Assembly: GCA_000092065.1 (NCBI GenBank)
Contig: CP000595.1
From: Ostreococcus lucimarinus
Lineage: Eukaryota
Length of the DNA stretch: 64,000 nt
Direction: 5' to 3' (one strand)
Numbering within the stretch: the stretch's first letter is position 1; each line of letters opens with the position of its first letter. Under the pieces are notes generated by a model, which was given only the letters and a program-made list of their open reading frames with translations, had not been told where the DNA came from and did not search any database. This document shows positions 29,580 through 39,666 of the stretch, piece after piece. Position numbers and translations under genes: made by a program.

Positions 29580-29919
29580 CCATATTTCGCACACTTCGCC
29601 GCGCCTTCTTCGTCCTTCGCCGCGCCTCGTTCGCGGTCGCCTCGTTGACCGCGCGTCGTCACACGCCAGCGCGGTCACAGCGCGGACGGACGCCCCCGCT
29701 CGCCCGACGCGACACCGACGCACGGAACCGCACTCGCGCGACGCGTAGGCACCGCGAGACGTAGAAATCAGCCACCATGGTGCGCGAGCGACGCGCGTAA
29801 AGTTTGATTTCCGCCCGATTCACAACAAACTTTCACCGCGAAAATCGCACGCGTGACGCCCGCGGAGCGCGCTCGAGACCGTGACTGACGCTCGAACGCT
29901 TGCGCGATGTCTGTCGCAG

Positions 29920-30153
29920 ATGATCAAAGTGAAGACGCTGACTGGGAAGGAGATCGAGATCGACATCGAGCCCACGGACAGCGTGGAGCGCATCAAGGAG
30001 CGCGTGGAGGAAAAGGAGGGCATTCCGCCGGTGCAGCAGCGGTTGATTTTCGGTGGGAAACAGATGAACGACGAGAAGATCGCGAAGGATTACAACATCG
30101 AGGGTGGGAGCGTGCTGCACTTGGTGCTGGCGCTGCGAGGAGGGCGGAAGTAG
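29920..30153 (+). CDS. NEDD8: NEDD8/RUB1 ubiquitin-like protein precursor
   Basis: The ORF-track start at 29881 is GTG; the first ATG at 29920 gives [75 protein letters not shown] plus RK. That is almost identical to NEDD8 and includes the processed tail after the GG. A TGTAA motif lies at 30198-30202. Confidence 0.95.
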   Translation: MIKVKTLTGKEIEIDIEPTDSVERIKERVEEKEGIPPVQQRLIFGGKQMNDEKIAKDYNIEGGSVLHLVLALRGGRK

Positions 30154-30197
30154 AGCGCGACGAGTCGACGAGACGACTGAAATGTTAGCCTAAACGC

Positions 30198-30202
30198 TGT
30201 AA
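30198..30202 (+). promoter_or_regulatory. Putative polyadenylation signal TGTAA for NEDD8
   Basis: The TGTAA is about 45 nt after the NEDD8 stop (30151-30153), in an 89-bp convergent AT-rich spacer shared with the bS6 gene. Confidence 0.35.
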
Positions 30203-30242
30203 TGGTAACCTAAAGAATCGCTGATTTATCACACAAATTGAA

Positions 30243-30653
30243 TTACGCAGTCTTCATGAACATCGTGCGAAGGACAACCTCTTCGCTCCCGACAGCCGGT
30301 CTCGCGAGTTCCTCGGAGGCGGCTTTGAACACCGCCGGCGCGCACGTAAAGTTGACGACGACTTGGTACGCATCCGGGTAACCCTTAATCTCGTACGAGT
30401 TCGGCTTCAATCCGTGCTCGGTTTGCTCCCACGCCACCAAACCTTCACCAAACATCGCCTTGAAATCATCCATCGTGGTCGCACGCGTGGCGTCATCGCA
30501 ATCCGGGCGCAACAACATGACGCCCTCGTACGAGTTCGGCTCGTTCTTCTTCGCCACGGCGCGCGTCTTTTGGCATTCACCACGACGCGTCGTCGACGTC
30601 ACGCGCGTCGGCGCGCGCACACCAGAGGTCACTGTGCATTCACAAACGCGCAT
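30243..30653 (-). CDS. rps6: Organellar (plastid or mitochondrial) ribosomal protein bS6
   Basis: ATG at 30653 was verified. After an N-terminal presequence, YEGVMLLRPDCDD...GLVAWEQTEHGLKPNSYEIKG...YQVVVNFTCAPAVFKAASEELARPAVGSEEVVLRTMFMK aligns over its full length with bacterial S6 (YEIVFMVHPDQSE...LEDWGRRQLAYPINK...YVLMNVEAP...VIRSMVMR). Confidence 0.7.
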   Translation of the reverse strand: MRVCECTVTSGVRAPTRVTSTTRRGECQKTRAVAKKNEPNSYEGVMLLRPDCDDATRATTMDDFKAMFGEGLVAWEQTEHGLKPNSYEIKGYPDAYQVVVNFTCAPAVFKAASEELARPAVGSEEVVLRTMFMKTA

Positions 30654-31215
30654 CTTTCGTCAGTCATCGTTCGCGTCGTCTCGATCGAGCGTCTCGCCGC
30701 GCCGCGCCGCCGCGATAGGTTCTAGGGCAGCTTCTAGGGTCTCGCCGCATTCGACTCGTCGTCCGTCCCACGCGACGCCCTCGCGCGCGCGCGAACGCGC
30801 GCGAACGATCGCCCGAAATCCCTCGCATCGGTTTCGTCGCTCCGAGCGCCCGCGCGACGCGTTTCGCCCGCACGCGCGAGGGAAATCGCGCCGTCGGCGG
30901 GACGTCACCGCGAGCGTCGGCGTCGCCTATCCATCGTCACCACCGCGCGCGCGCGCGCGCTTTCGCGTCGCGCGTCGCGCGAGGTGGTGAAGAATATTCG
31001 CGGTCGTCGTCTACGGGCGTACCTCGAGCGATGGAGTGCATGTTCGCGCGTCAATGTGTCGCGCGCGCGCGGCGTGGGGTGCTTTCGGCGCGTGGGACCA
31101 GGGACACTGACTGTTTATAGTGTACATGACTGTTTGCCCATAGACGGATTGACATCGGTCGGTCGACGCCGGCGACGGCGACTGACGAGCGCGTCCTGCG
31201 CGAATACTAAGCGAG

Positions 31216-32757
31216 CTAAATCTCTAAATTCTTACCACCACCCATCGCGATCGGGTGGTCGTGCCAAGTGCGCGCGCCGCACTTGTCCACGACGTCGCGC
31301 GGCTCCGTCGCGACGCTCAAGCCTCGGGAGTCGGCGCCCTGCGGGAACGACCACGGGACGTCGGCGTGCCGCGCGGGATCGTACCGCACGACGTCGCGCA
31401 CGCCCGCGTTCCAATCGAGAACTTCGTAACATCGCGCTTCGGCGTCCAGAAGACACTCGGGAACGCCCTCGGCGCGTTCGCGAAGCGCGGGATTGAAGAC
31501 TATGGGAAGCCACGCGCGCTCCAACGTGTGGGCCCACTCCAAAGCGGCGAAGTACTCGAAATCGACCGCGCTCGTGAGTTTGCCGTCGCAAGCGACGAGT
31601 AAACTGAGCGCTTCGTAAAACTTTTGCGAGCGATGCTTCGCCATGTCGCGCGTCACGGCAAAAATCGCCGAAATGGGCCAATCGAGCCTCTCCCCGAGGT
31701 ACCGCGACGACACGCGCCAGCCCGGTCTTTCGGATGCGTTCCTATCGGGCGCATCCGCGAGTTCGCTCGCCGGATCCTCGACGTCTTTGACGACATCGAA
31801 GAACGTTCGCAGAAGCAGCGCGAAGGCGTTGGTGTACATGTAAGTACCCACTAAAGGCTCTCGCGCCACGCTGTACGCGATGAACGTGTCGCCGTCGAAG
31901 TCTGTCGGCGCTTTTCCGTCGCGAGCGACCGAAAACTCTTTCTCCATCTTCCGCGCGCGCGCGTCGACCACGCGCGTAACCGTCCCGTCTCGCTCTCCCG
32001 TTCGCAACTCCTCGACGAACGCGCGCAGACTAGGCCAAAACGGCCTGTCGTCGTGCGCGAAGATGAAAATCTTCGGCGCGTCGCCGACGTACGTTTCGCG
32101 CAAAAACCACGCCATCGCGTCCACTTCGCGCGCTTGTGAATTCGGCATCTCCGCGCACATCCACGTCATCGCCCTCAAATCGTCGGTGAGCGCGTCGCAC
32201 GCGCTCTCCGGCGTCTTCGCCGCGAAGACCAATCCGAGCGTCGTCGCCGCCAAACCGTCGAATCGTTTCGTCAAGTGCGCCACCGAGTTCCCGCAGCACC
32301 ACGTCACGACGTACGCCACCTCGGGCACGACATCGCTTCGCCACGCGCCACTCACCGCGCCCCGCGCGAGATCCGCGGACGCCTCCGCGCGCGTCGCCGT
32401 CGTCGCGTTCGCCGCCGCCGACCCCAAATCCAAATCCGCCTCCACCGTCTCCACCGTCTCCACCGCCGACCCCTCCACCGCCGCGCGCGACGCCTCGCCC
32501 ACCTCTCCCGTCCCTCCCGACCTCACCGCGCGCGTCGCGATGCCTCGCGTCGCTCGCGCGTCGTCGAGCGCGCGTCGCGTCGACGCCCGCGCCGCGCCCC
32601 GCCCCCTTCCCGCGCCGTCGCGCGCCGTCGTCCACGTCGTCGCCATCGTCGCGATCGCCGCGATCGCCAGCATCGTCCGCGCCGTCTCGCGCCGTCGCGT
32701 CGTCCGCCGCGGCGTCGCGGTCGTTCGCGCGTCCCGTCGACGCCGCGGCGAATCGCC

Positions 32758-32791
<34 letters not shown>

Positions 32792-32844
32792 TCGCGGCGC
32801 GTCGCGGCGTCGTCCCGCGCGACGCGCGTCGCGGCGCGCGCCAT
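31216..32844 (-). CDS. Hypothetical type-II membrane protein (unknown function)
   Basis: It is the only long ORF with non-degenerate composition in this interval. It has an N-terminal low-complexity region with a (DA)n tract, a predicted membrane anchor (MLAIAAIATMATTW) and a globular C-terminal region with no confident homolog. ATG at 32844 was verified, but the true start may be an internal Met near the anchor. Confidence 0.4.
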
Positions 32845-33086
32845 CGGCGCGCGCGTCGCGGCGACGCGCGTCGCGATGCGTCGCGCGCCGCGCGCGTCAA
32901 AGATTAAAAGATTGAAAATCTGCGACCGCCGCGCGCGCGCGCGACCCGGCGTCGCGCGTACGGGCGTCTTTAAAAAAAAAGACGCACCGCGAACGCGCGA
33001 CCGGGCGAACGTACGAACGCGGGTCGTTCGAATCGACCCCGCGCGCGACGCGGCCGTCGCGCGCGCGCGCGCGCGTGCCGGCGTCG

Positions 33087-33270
33087 CGCGACCGACCGTT
33101 TTTTCGGCGCGCGACCGACCGTTTTTTTTTTATCCACGCGCGCATTCGTAAGAACGCTCGAATGAACGCCATGTGCGCGCGCGGCCACCGCGCGCGACCG
33201 ACCGTTTTTTTTTTTGAATCCACGCGCGTATTCGTAAGAACGCTCGAATGCACGCCATGTGCGCGCGCGG
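33087..33270. repeat. Intergenic tandem duplication (about 80-bp unit x2 plus a partial third copy of its 5' motif CGCGCGACCGACCG-T(6-13))
   Basis: Copy 1 at 33108..33184 and copy 2 at 33191..33270 are near-identical: gcgcgaccgaccg, a T-run, [ga]atccacgcgcg[ct]attcgtaagaacgctcgaatg[ac]acgccatgtgcgcgcgcgg. They lie in the divergent promoter between the 31216..32844 (-) gene and the FtsHi (+) gene. Confidence 0.85.
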
Positions 33271-33271
33271 C

Positions 33272-33326
33272 AAAACCCGTAATCGATCGCGCGCGCGCGC
33301 CCACCGCGCGATCGATTACGGGTTTT
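33272..33326. repeat. Perfect 21-bp-arm inverted repeat (palindromic hairpin) with 13-nt spacer
   Basis: Left arm 33272-33292 is aaaacccgtaatcgatcgcgc. The right arm 33306-33326 is its exact reverse complement. It directly abuts the tandem duplication and lies about 135 bp upstream of the FtsHi ATG. Confidence 0.85.
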
Positions 33327-33461
33327 TATCGCGCGCCGCCCTAGGTCGCGACGATCGCGCGTGCGCCGCGCGCGACGCCGCGACGCGCGTCACGTCGCGT
33401 CGATCGGACGCGCGCGCGCGTGGCGTCGCGTCTGATCGTCCGATCGACCCGCGGCGACGCG

Positions 33462-36092
33462 ATGGCGCTCGGCGCGCGCGCGACGACGCGGGATTTCGCG
33501 ACGGGCGCGACGCGCGTCGCGCGACGACGACGACGACGCGCGACGACGACGACGACGACGCGGGATGTCGCGACGCGGGCGCGCGGTGACGACGGTGACG
33601 CGCGACGCGTCGCGCGCGCGGCGGTCGGCGACGACGCGGCGCCGATGGCGAGCGAGGACGGGGCGACGGCGACGGGGTCGGCGAGACGCGCGCTGGGGCG
33701 AGCGCTGAGCGTCGACGACGACGACGCGCCGGGACGACCGTCGGCGCTGATGAAGACGCCGCGACCGACGGTGAAGCCGACGAAGGTGCCGCGGTGGTTG
33801 GCGCCGCTGGTGGATCAGTATTTCGTCGATCACAAGGCGCAGGCGAGGGCGCTGCGAGAGGGTCGGAGGTGGGACGGCGAGGCGGAGGATAGGGAGTACG
33901 CGGCGGCGTTTAAACTGTTCAAGACGGACGAAAGCGAGCGACCGGTGGAGATGACGTATCTGTTGGAGGATTACCCGAAGTTGTTGAAGCGGATGGGGAA
34001 GATGCGCAAGGCGCGACGGGCGAGTCGGGCGCAGCGGGAGGACACGTACCCGGATCCCGACACGAAGACTGTGAAATTCGGGTACCAGCGAATCGCGGAG
34101 AAGATGGGCGTGTACCCGCGCATCGATGGCGAGGCGACGTACGCGCAGTTTTTGGAGTACCTCGAACGACGCGAGGTGACGCGGGTGTTGCTCTACGAAG
34201 AGGGGAACATGGCCATCGCGGAGATGGGCGGTCCGGCGACGCACTTGGATCCGAACGTCGACGTCATTCGGTGGAAGGTGCAAATCCCGGGCGACGCGCA
34301 CGATGAGGTGACGCGGGCGTGTCTGAAAGCGTTTTACACGAAACCACACAACCCGGAAGATTTGTTCACTCCGGCGCAAACGCCGTGCCACCTGTTCATG
34401 AACATCAAGCCTTGGAACGTGGGCGTGCACGGCGCGCGCAACTGGCTCATGGCGTCGACGTTTTTCTACCTCGCGGGTACCGTGTGCAAGGGGGTGATTC
34501 AGGCGGACAAGGATCCCGAGGTCAAAAAGCGACGCGCGTTGAGGCAAAAGATGAAGAACGAGCGCGCGGCGCTCGCGGGGCAGATGGGAAAATCCAAGGC
34601 GAAGCTGGTGAAGAAGAACCAATCCAAGGTGCGCTTCAAAGACGTCGCCGGTCAAGACATGGTGGTGAACGAATTCCAGACCATCATCGACGTCATGAAG
34701 GGCAATCCGAAATACAAGGGGCGTTACGTCGAGCCGCCGAAAGGGATCTTGTTGGAAGGACCGCCCGGCACGGGGAAGACGCTCTTGGCGAAAGCCGTCG
34801 CCGGCGAAGCCGGGTTGCCATTTTTTTACGCCAACGGTTCCGAGTTTGTGGAGATGTTCGTCGGCGTCGCCGCGAGTCGCATGCGCAACCTGTTCAAGCG
34901 CGCGCGTGAAAACGCGCCGTCGATCATTTTCATCGACGAGCTCGACACCATCGGTCGCGCTCGCAACGCTGGCGAACAGCGCGACTCGTCGACGTCTGAG
35001 CGCGAGCAAGGGTTGATGCAAATGTTAGTCGAGATGGATGGTTTCGACAACAAGGAGTCCGGTTGTGAGATCTTGGTCATCGGTGCGACAAACTTGGCGA
35101 CGCAACTCGATCCAGCGCTGCTGCGTTCGGGGAGATTCGATCGCACCTATCACATCGGCGTGCCGCCGACGTCCGAGGCTCGCATGCCGATTTTGCAAGT
35201 GCACGCTCGCAACTTAAACATCGACCGCGGAGGTGACGACAAGTACGAGAGCGATGCCTTCTTACATCGCGTTGCCGATCTCACCACCGGCTTCTCCGGC
35301 GCCGAGCTCGCGAACGTGCTCAACGAAGCCGCCATCTTGAGCGTTCGCGAAGGCAAGGACTCCATCGATATCAACGACATAGAAGCCGTTTTGGAAAAGC
35401 AAGCCGTCGGTCTCATCAGCGCTCCGCTGGACGATGGTTGGGGGAAAGAGCACTTGGCCATCATCGAAGCGGCCAAGGCTGTGATTTATTCCGCTCGCCC
35501 CGAGCTCGGCCCGGAGCTGCTGCAAGTCTCCATTCGCCCTCGAGGAACGCAAATGTCTGGCCTCATCTTGACGGAGCGCTCGAGCGAAGCCGAAGCCGAG
35601 ATTCGCACCAGGATAGGTCCGGACACGCTGGGTTTGTACATCGACGCTCTCGCCGTGACGTTGACTGGTCGATGCGCAGAGTTGCACTTTTTCGGTCCCG
35701 ACGGTGTGTCCATTCGAACGAATGAAGAAGTTTCCGCGGCGGCGGAGATGGCGTTCGACATCGTCACCACGTCGGGTCTGTACCCGGATAGCAAGTTTGC
35801 GCCGCACTTCGATATGGCCATGGTTCACCAGCTCAGAATTCCTCGAGAAAATATGGAAAAAGGCACGCTCGATGTCATCCTTCGCGCGCACACCAAGGGC
35901 ATGGAACTCATTAAGGAGTATGCGCCGCTCATCGAACGCGTCGCGAACGAGCTCATGGAGAACGAACGCTTGTACGGCTCCACGGTTCGCGCAATGGTGA
36001 AGAAATACCAGCAAGAAGAACTAGGCGGCAACTTTACGCGCACGCCGTCGTTCTACGAAAGGGCGGCGATGAATAGCGCATCCAGCAATTAG
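33462..36092 (+). CDS. FtsH-like AAA+ protein with degenerate M41 metalloprotease motif (FtsHi-type, presumably plastid)
   Basis: The ORF-track start at 33420 is GTG; the first ATG at 33462 was verified. The AAA module is intact: Walker A GPPGTGKTLLAKA, Walker B IIFIDELD, and the SRH with LDPALLRSGRFDR. The M41 domain is recognisable, but the zinc-binding site reads AIIEAAKAV where FtsH has YHEAGHA, so both His ligands are lost. Confidence 0.8.
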   Translation: MALGARATTRDFATGATRVARRRRRRATTTTTTRDVATRARGDDGDARRVARAAVGDDAAPMASEDGATATGSARRALGRALSVDDDDAPGRPSALMKTPRPTVKPTKVPRWLAPLVDQYFVDHKAQARALREGRRWDGEAEDREYAAAFKLFKTDESERPVEMTYLLEDYPKLLKRMGKMRKARRASRAQREDTYPDPDTKTVKFGYQRIAEKMGVYPRIDGEATYAQFLEYLERREVTRVLLYEEGNMAIAEMGGPATHLDPNVDVIRWKVQIPGDAHDEVTRACLKAFYTKPHNPEDLFTPAQTPCHLFMNIKPWNVGVHGARNWLMASTFFYLAGTVCKGVIQADKDPEVKKRRALRQKMKNERAALAGQMGKSKAKLVKKNQSKVRFKDVAGQDMVVNEFQTIIDVMKGNPKYKGRYVEPPKGILLEGPPGTGKTLLAKAVAGEAGLPFFYANGSEFVEMFVGVAASRMRNLFKRARENAPSIIFIDELDTIGRARNAGEQRDSSTSEREQGLMQMLVEMDGFDNKESGCEILVIGATNLATQLDPALLRSGRFDRTYHIGVPPTSEARMPILQVHARNLNIDRGGDDKYESDAFLHRVADLTTGFSGAELANVLNEAAILSVREGKDSIDINDIEAVLEKQAVGLISAPLDDGWGKEHLAIIEAAKAVIYSARPELGPELLQVSIRPRGTQMSGLILTERSSEAEAEIRTRIGPDTLGLYIDALAVTLTGRCAELHFFGPDGVSIRTNEEVSAAAEMAFDIVTTSGLYPDSKFAPHFDMAMVHQLRIPRENMEKGTLDVILRAHTKGMELIKEYAPLIERVANELMENERLYGSTVRAMVKKYQQEELGGNFTRTPSFYERAAMNSASSN

Positions 36093-36162
36093 ACACTAGC
36101 CTACGAATTAATACCAGTTCTACAACAATGATTTGCTATTTTCTAAAAGCAAAGCTTTTCTT

Positions 36163-39100
36163 CTACGCGGCGCCCCTCGTGTTGCGACGCACTTCGACGT
36201 AGTGCTCGACGGCGTAAGACACACAGTTTGGACACGCGACCGCGCACTTTTGCAATTTATAGTCGCTTTCGAGTAACATGGACGACAGGGGTAAATCCAG
36301 AATCTTCAATCTCGCCTTTGCGTCGTTGACTTCGCGCTGCAACTCTTCAGAGCCGTAGCGGTGTCCGCACGTGAATGCCCAGCACTGCGCACCGTCGACT
36401 GAAGTCAGAGAGTCCAGTTCCATCGCGTCGAAAGCTCGCGTTTGAACAAACTCGGGGGAATCCAGGCGAGATGCTAGATCTTGCTTGATTTTCAACCAAA
36501 CGCTTTCGATTGTAGCGCCATCCTTCGAAGAATACTTTGACTCGTCCTCGGCTACTCGTTTCGTCGCGACGGCGAGAATGAATTGACCGCTGAATTGAAA
36601 TCCGAGATCACTTTGCAGTACAACTTGCATAGCCTCTGCGTGACCTTGAGAGACGAGTACGTCAAGAAACAAACGTTCGAGTTCGTCGATAGGCAATCCA
36701 TTCCTTTGCCAGCATCGTGCTACGTCTTCGATTGATTTCACTTGCGCGCGCGTGTCGACCACCCGCGCGACGTACGTCTCGACGCCCAGCTCGAGCTCAG
36801 CCTGTAAGGTTGACGGCGACGTCTCGCCCACAGCGGCGAGCTTTTGAACAGCGGCCACGTGGCACATAGCGGCGGTGGCAAAGTCTTCCATCTGTGACGC
36901 TGCCAACTCGGTGATGCGAAACTTTCGCTTGTCCAGACACTTGGACGCGATCCAACCAAACAACTTTGGATCGTCTTCCAACATGACTTCGATGCGCTCG
37001 GCAAGAGCGTTTTCGTCGTCCAAGTACAAAAGTATCGTTAGCTCGATTTCAGCTGCACCGGTGACGCCAAGATTTTTCGCCTCGCGCGCCATATCCGCGA
37101 GCGAGCGCAGCTCATCTCTCGTCAACATGTCGTACACAAGTTCCAAGGGCGACGCCTCGCACGTGTCCGTCGTGTCGCTGTCCAAACCGAGCACATGAAC
37201 GATGTCGTACAGATTTTCCATCGTCTGCGTAGCGATGACGTAGTACGTGACATTCGGATCCCAAAACACGAGTGGTTTGGACTCCCAAGTACGCACGGTG
37301 CCGCCGCTGTGCTCGGCTGCTTGCGTCATCAAATTCGCTGTGACGCCACCGAGCATGTGCAAGCTCTCAACGGTGGATGATGAGGACAACAGCATGGTGA
37401 ATAACGTTTTGATTCGATCTGAGTACTCGTTCGCCGCACACGACGAGATCACGGATGTGCTCACCGCGTTCGCAGCCTCGAACGCGACGACGGCGGCGCT
37501 CGCCGAGCACGCCACGTCGCGCTGCACGCCCGCGTCTTTGGTGGCTTCGATACCTTCACCGATGACGCGCAAAAGATCCTTCACCGCTTGTTCAGGGGAG
37601 CGTTCTTCTTTCAGGTTCAACTTTTGGAGCTTCGCTTGAATCGATTCTCCCAAATCGTGCGCGGCGGCGTTGTACGCGACTGCGTTCGACGCTTCGCACC
37701 ACGCGTGCAAATGCGCGTGCGCGGCGGCGGCCGTCTTCAACCACGAAAGGTTCGCCTGTCCTCCGTACGCCTCGACTGATTTTCCGTGGAAGTTCGTCAG
37801 TGCTTGCGACGCCTCCCACGCCTCTAAGCTCAGCGAGATGAAATCTTTGAGTGGCTTTCCAGTCTTCCCGAATAAATCGCGCGCTCGAGAGAAATTTTGT
37901 CGCTTGAGCTCCTGGCGCGCAGCCTCGACGAACACGGGCATGTGATCCTCGTCCAAGACGTGCGCGACGAGTTTTAAGCGTTCGTCTTGGTCGAGATCTA
38001 CGCTTAAAGCGTTGTCACCGAACTCGTCGCGTTCGATCGGCGCCCACGCGTCGCGGCGGGTCGAGGCAACGACCGCGTTCGGCGACATGAACGATCGCAG
38101 CGTAGACGCGATGTCGACTTTTGACTTAATTTCGTACACCCCGTACGATGTCCACAACATGCATCCGCACAGCGTCTCTCGTCTTCGCACGTACGTTTCC
38201 GGGAGCTCAGCCGCGAGGAACTTTTTTGGCACGCCCGCGGAGCGCGGCACGTGAAACGTCTGCAGCGTAAACGACTTGGAACCGTCGGTCCCGAATCTTC
38301 GCGCCAACACGTGCACGGACGCGGTGAATGAGGTTAAGTCTGCGAGATCTTCCTCACCGAAAACCGGTTCGCGCACCAAGGCGAATATTAAATCTTCAGT
38401 CACGTGCACGGCGACGGTGTGATTCGGCAACGCGTGCGTGGATTTTGGCTCGGTGGCGCGATCCACGTCGTACAACTCCAACGTACGGCGATCGATCAAC
38501 GCAGCGATGAGCGAATATCCATCGCTCTCGCCGGTCTCTTGCACGCTCAGCGTCACCTGCCGCCCCTCGCGAACGCCGTACTCATCCTTGAGCAGGTGCG
38601 CGGCGAATCCGTGCGAACCCGCGGCGTCCGGTAACGATTCAGCCTTGGTCGTCGTCTCCACCTTGCCTTTTTCGCTCGTCGACGTCTTCACCACGCGCGA
38701 CATTTTCTCCAGCATCAACGTCCAAACTTCGCCCTGAACACCGTTGATGACGAGAAATTGCTTCGTCGCGCCGCGCGCGAGCTCCGCGCTCGCGCACTTG
38801 GCGCCGACGACGCACGCGCCCAGAGGCGACCCCTCCTTCACGTCCCACGCCCGCACCTCCCCGTCCACGCCGACGCATATCCCCACCACCGGATCCTCGC
38901 GCTCGGGTTCGAGCGCGCGATACCACCACAGCGCGCTCGCCGGCTTCGGCCCTCTCGACGCCAACACCCGCATCGCCGGCGACGCCTCCGCGTCACGCGT
39001 CAACTCCAAAATCGGCACCACGTACACCCCTCCCGCGCTCGTGCAGCACAACAAGCTTTCCCCATCGCGCGAGTGCGCCATCGCGTGGATCCTCGCGCGC

Positions 39101-39588
39101 GATCCCTCGTACCACGGCGCCAACCGTTTCGTCGCGCGTCGTCTCGCCGCGATAAAATTTTCCACCTTGGCCGCTCGCGCGCTCCCGCTCGCGCCGAATC
39201 CGCTCACCGAGCACGCCAACGCGCGTCCTCGCGCGTCCGCGTCGCCCTCCTCGCCGCGCGCGCGTCCTCGCGCGCTCGACGCCGCGATGAATTCCATCGC
39301 CCCGTCGTCGAATTCTTCCCTCGCCGCCGCCTCCGCGCCCGCGCTCGCGCCGCCGTCCGTCTGCGCGTACCCGAACATGGCGCTGATGCTGAACGACCGC
39401 TCGACCGCGCCGTCGGGCGGTCGCGCGCGCGCCCGGCGCCGTCGGTCGACGCCGAGCGCGTCATCGACGACGAAGATTTCGCACTCCAATCGCGCGTCCG
39501 CCTCCGTCGACGCCCCGGACGCGTCGCGCGCGTCGCGAGCGCGCGCGTCGCGACGCTCGGCGCGCGTCTCGCGCGCGTCGGCGTCCAT
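36163..39588 (-). CDS. Large hypothetical protein: N-terminal beta-propeller-like region, long helical solenoid, C-terminal Cys-rich zinc-finger-like motif
   Basis: It is a single 1141-codon ORF with ATG at 39588 verified. The C-terminus, CWAFTCGHRYGSEE...CAVACPNCV, resembles the RING-like endings of vesicle-tethering and GATOR/HOPS-type beta-propeller/solenoid proteins, but the family is not securely assigned. The first 100 codons or so are low-complexity and overlap the antisense of the neighbouring gene, so the true start may be an internal Met. Confidence 0.55.
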   Translation of the reverse strand: MDADARETRAERRDARARDARDASGASTEADARLECEIFVVDDALGVDRRRRARARPPDGAVERSFSISAMFGYAQTDGGASAGAEAAAREEFDDGAMEFIAASSARGRARGEEGDADARGRALACSVSGFGASGSARAAKVENFIAARRRATKRLAPWYEGSRARIHAMAHSRDGESLLCCTSAGGVYVVPILELTRDAEASPAMRVLASRGPKPASALWWYRALEPEREDPVVGICVGVDGEVRAWDVKEGSPLGACVVGAKCASAELARGATKQFLVINGVQGEVWTLMLEKMSRVVKTSTSEKGKVETTTKAESLPDAAGSHGFAAHLLKDEYGVREGRQVTLSVQETGESDGYSLIAALIDRRTLELYDVDRATEPKSTHALPNHTVAVHVTEDLIFALVREPVFGEEDLADLTSFTASVHVLARRFGTDGSKSFTLQTFHVPRSAGVPKKFLAAELPETYVRRRETLCGCMLWTSYGVYEIKSKVDIASTLRSFMSPNAVVASTRRDAWAPIERDEFGDNALSVDLDQDERLKLVAHVLDEDHMPVFVEAARQELKRQNFSRARDLFGKTGKPLKDFISLSLEAWEASQALTNFHGKSVEAYGGQANLSWLKTAAAAHAHLHAWCEASNAVAYNAAAHDLGESIQAKLQKLNLKEERSPEQAVKDLLRVIGEGIEATKDAGVQRDVACSASAAVVAFEAANAVSTSVISSCAANEYSDRIKTLFTMLLSSSSTVESLHMLGGVTANLMTQAAEHSGGTVRTWESKPLVFWDPNVTYYVIATQTMENLYDIVHVLGLDSDTTDTCEASPLELVYDMLTRDELRSLADMAREAKNLGVTGAAEIELTILLYLDDENALAERIEVMLEDDPKLFGWIASKCLDKRKFRITELAASQMEDFATAAMCHVAAVQKLAAVGETSPSTLQAELELGVETYVARVVDTRAQVKSIEDVARCWQRNGLPIDELERLFLDVLVSQGHAEAMQVVLQSDLGFQFSGQFILAVATKRVAEDESKYSSKDGATIESVWLKIKQDLASRLDSPEFVQTRAFDAMELDSLTSVDGAQCWAFTCGHRYGSEELQREVNDAKARLKILDLPLSSMLLESDYKLQKCAVACPNCVSYAVEHYVEVRRNTRGAA

Positions 39589-39666
39589 GACGCGCGACGC
39601 CGCGCCGTCGCGGCGTCGAGTGCGGATTCACCGTTGGCGCGCGAATCCGCTTCACCGCACTTCGCG

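Noticed and set aside
30654-31215. Possible small gene or ncRNA in the 562-bp spacer between the bS6 gene and the 31216 gene (ORFs 30460..30990 and 30984..31496)
   Set aside because: The ORFs are Arg-rich and low-complexity. I could find no tRNA-like cloverleaf or conserved motif by eye. It is probably promoter plus 3' UTR, with a short TGACTGTTT direct repeat near the downstream gene's 3' end.
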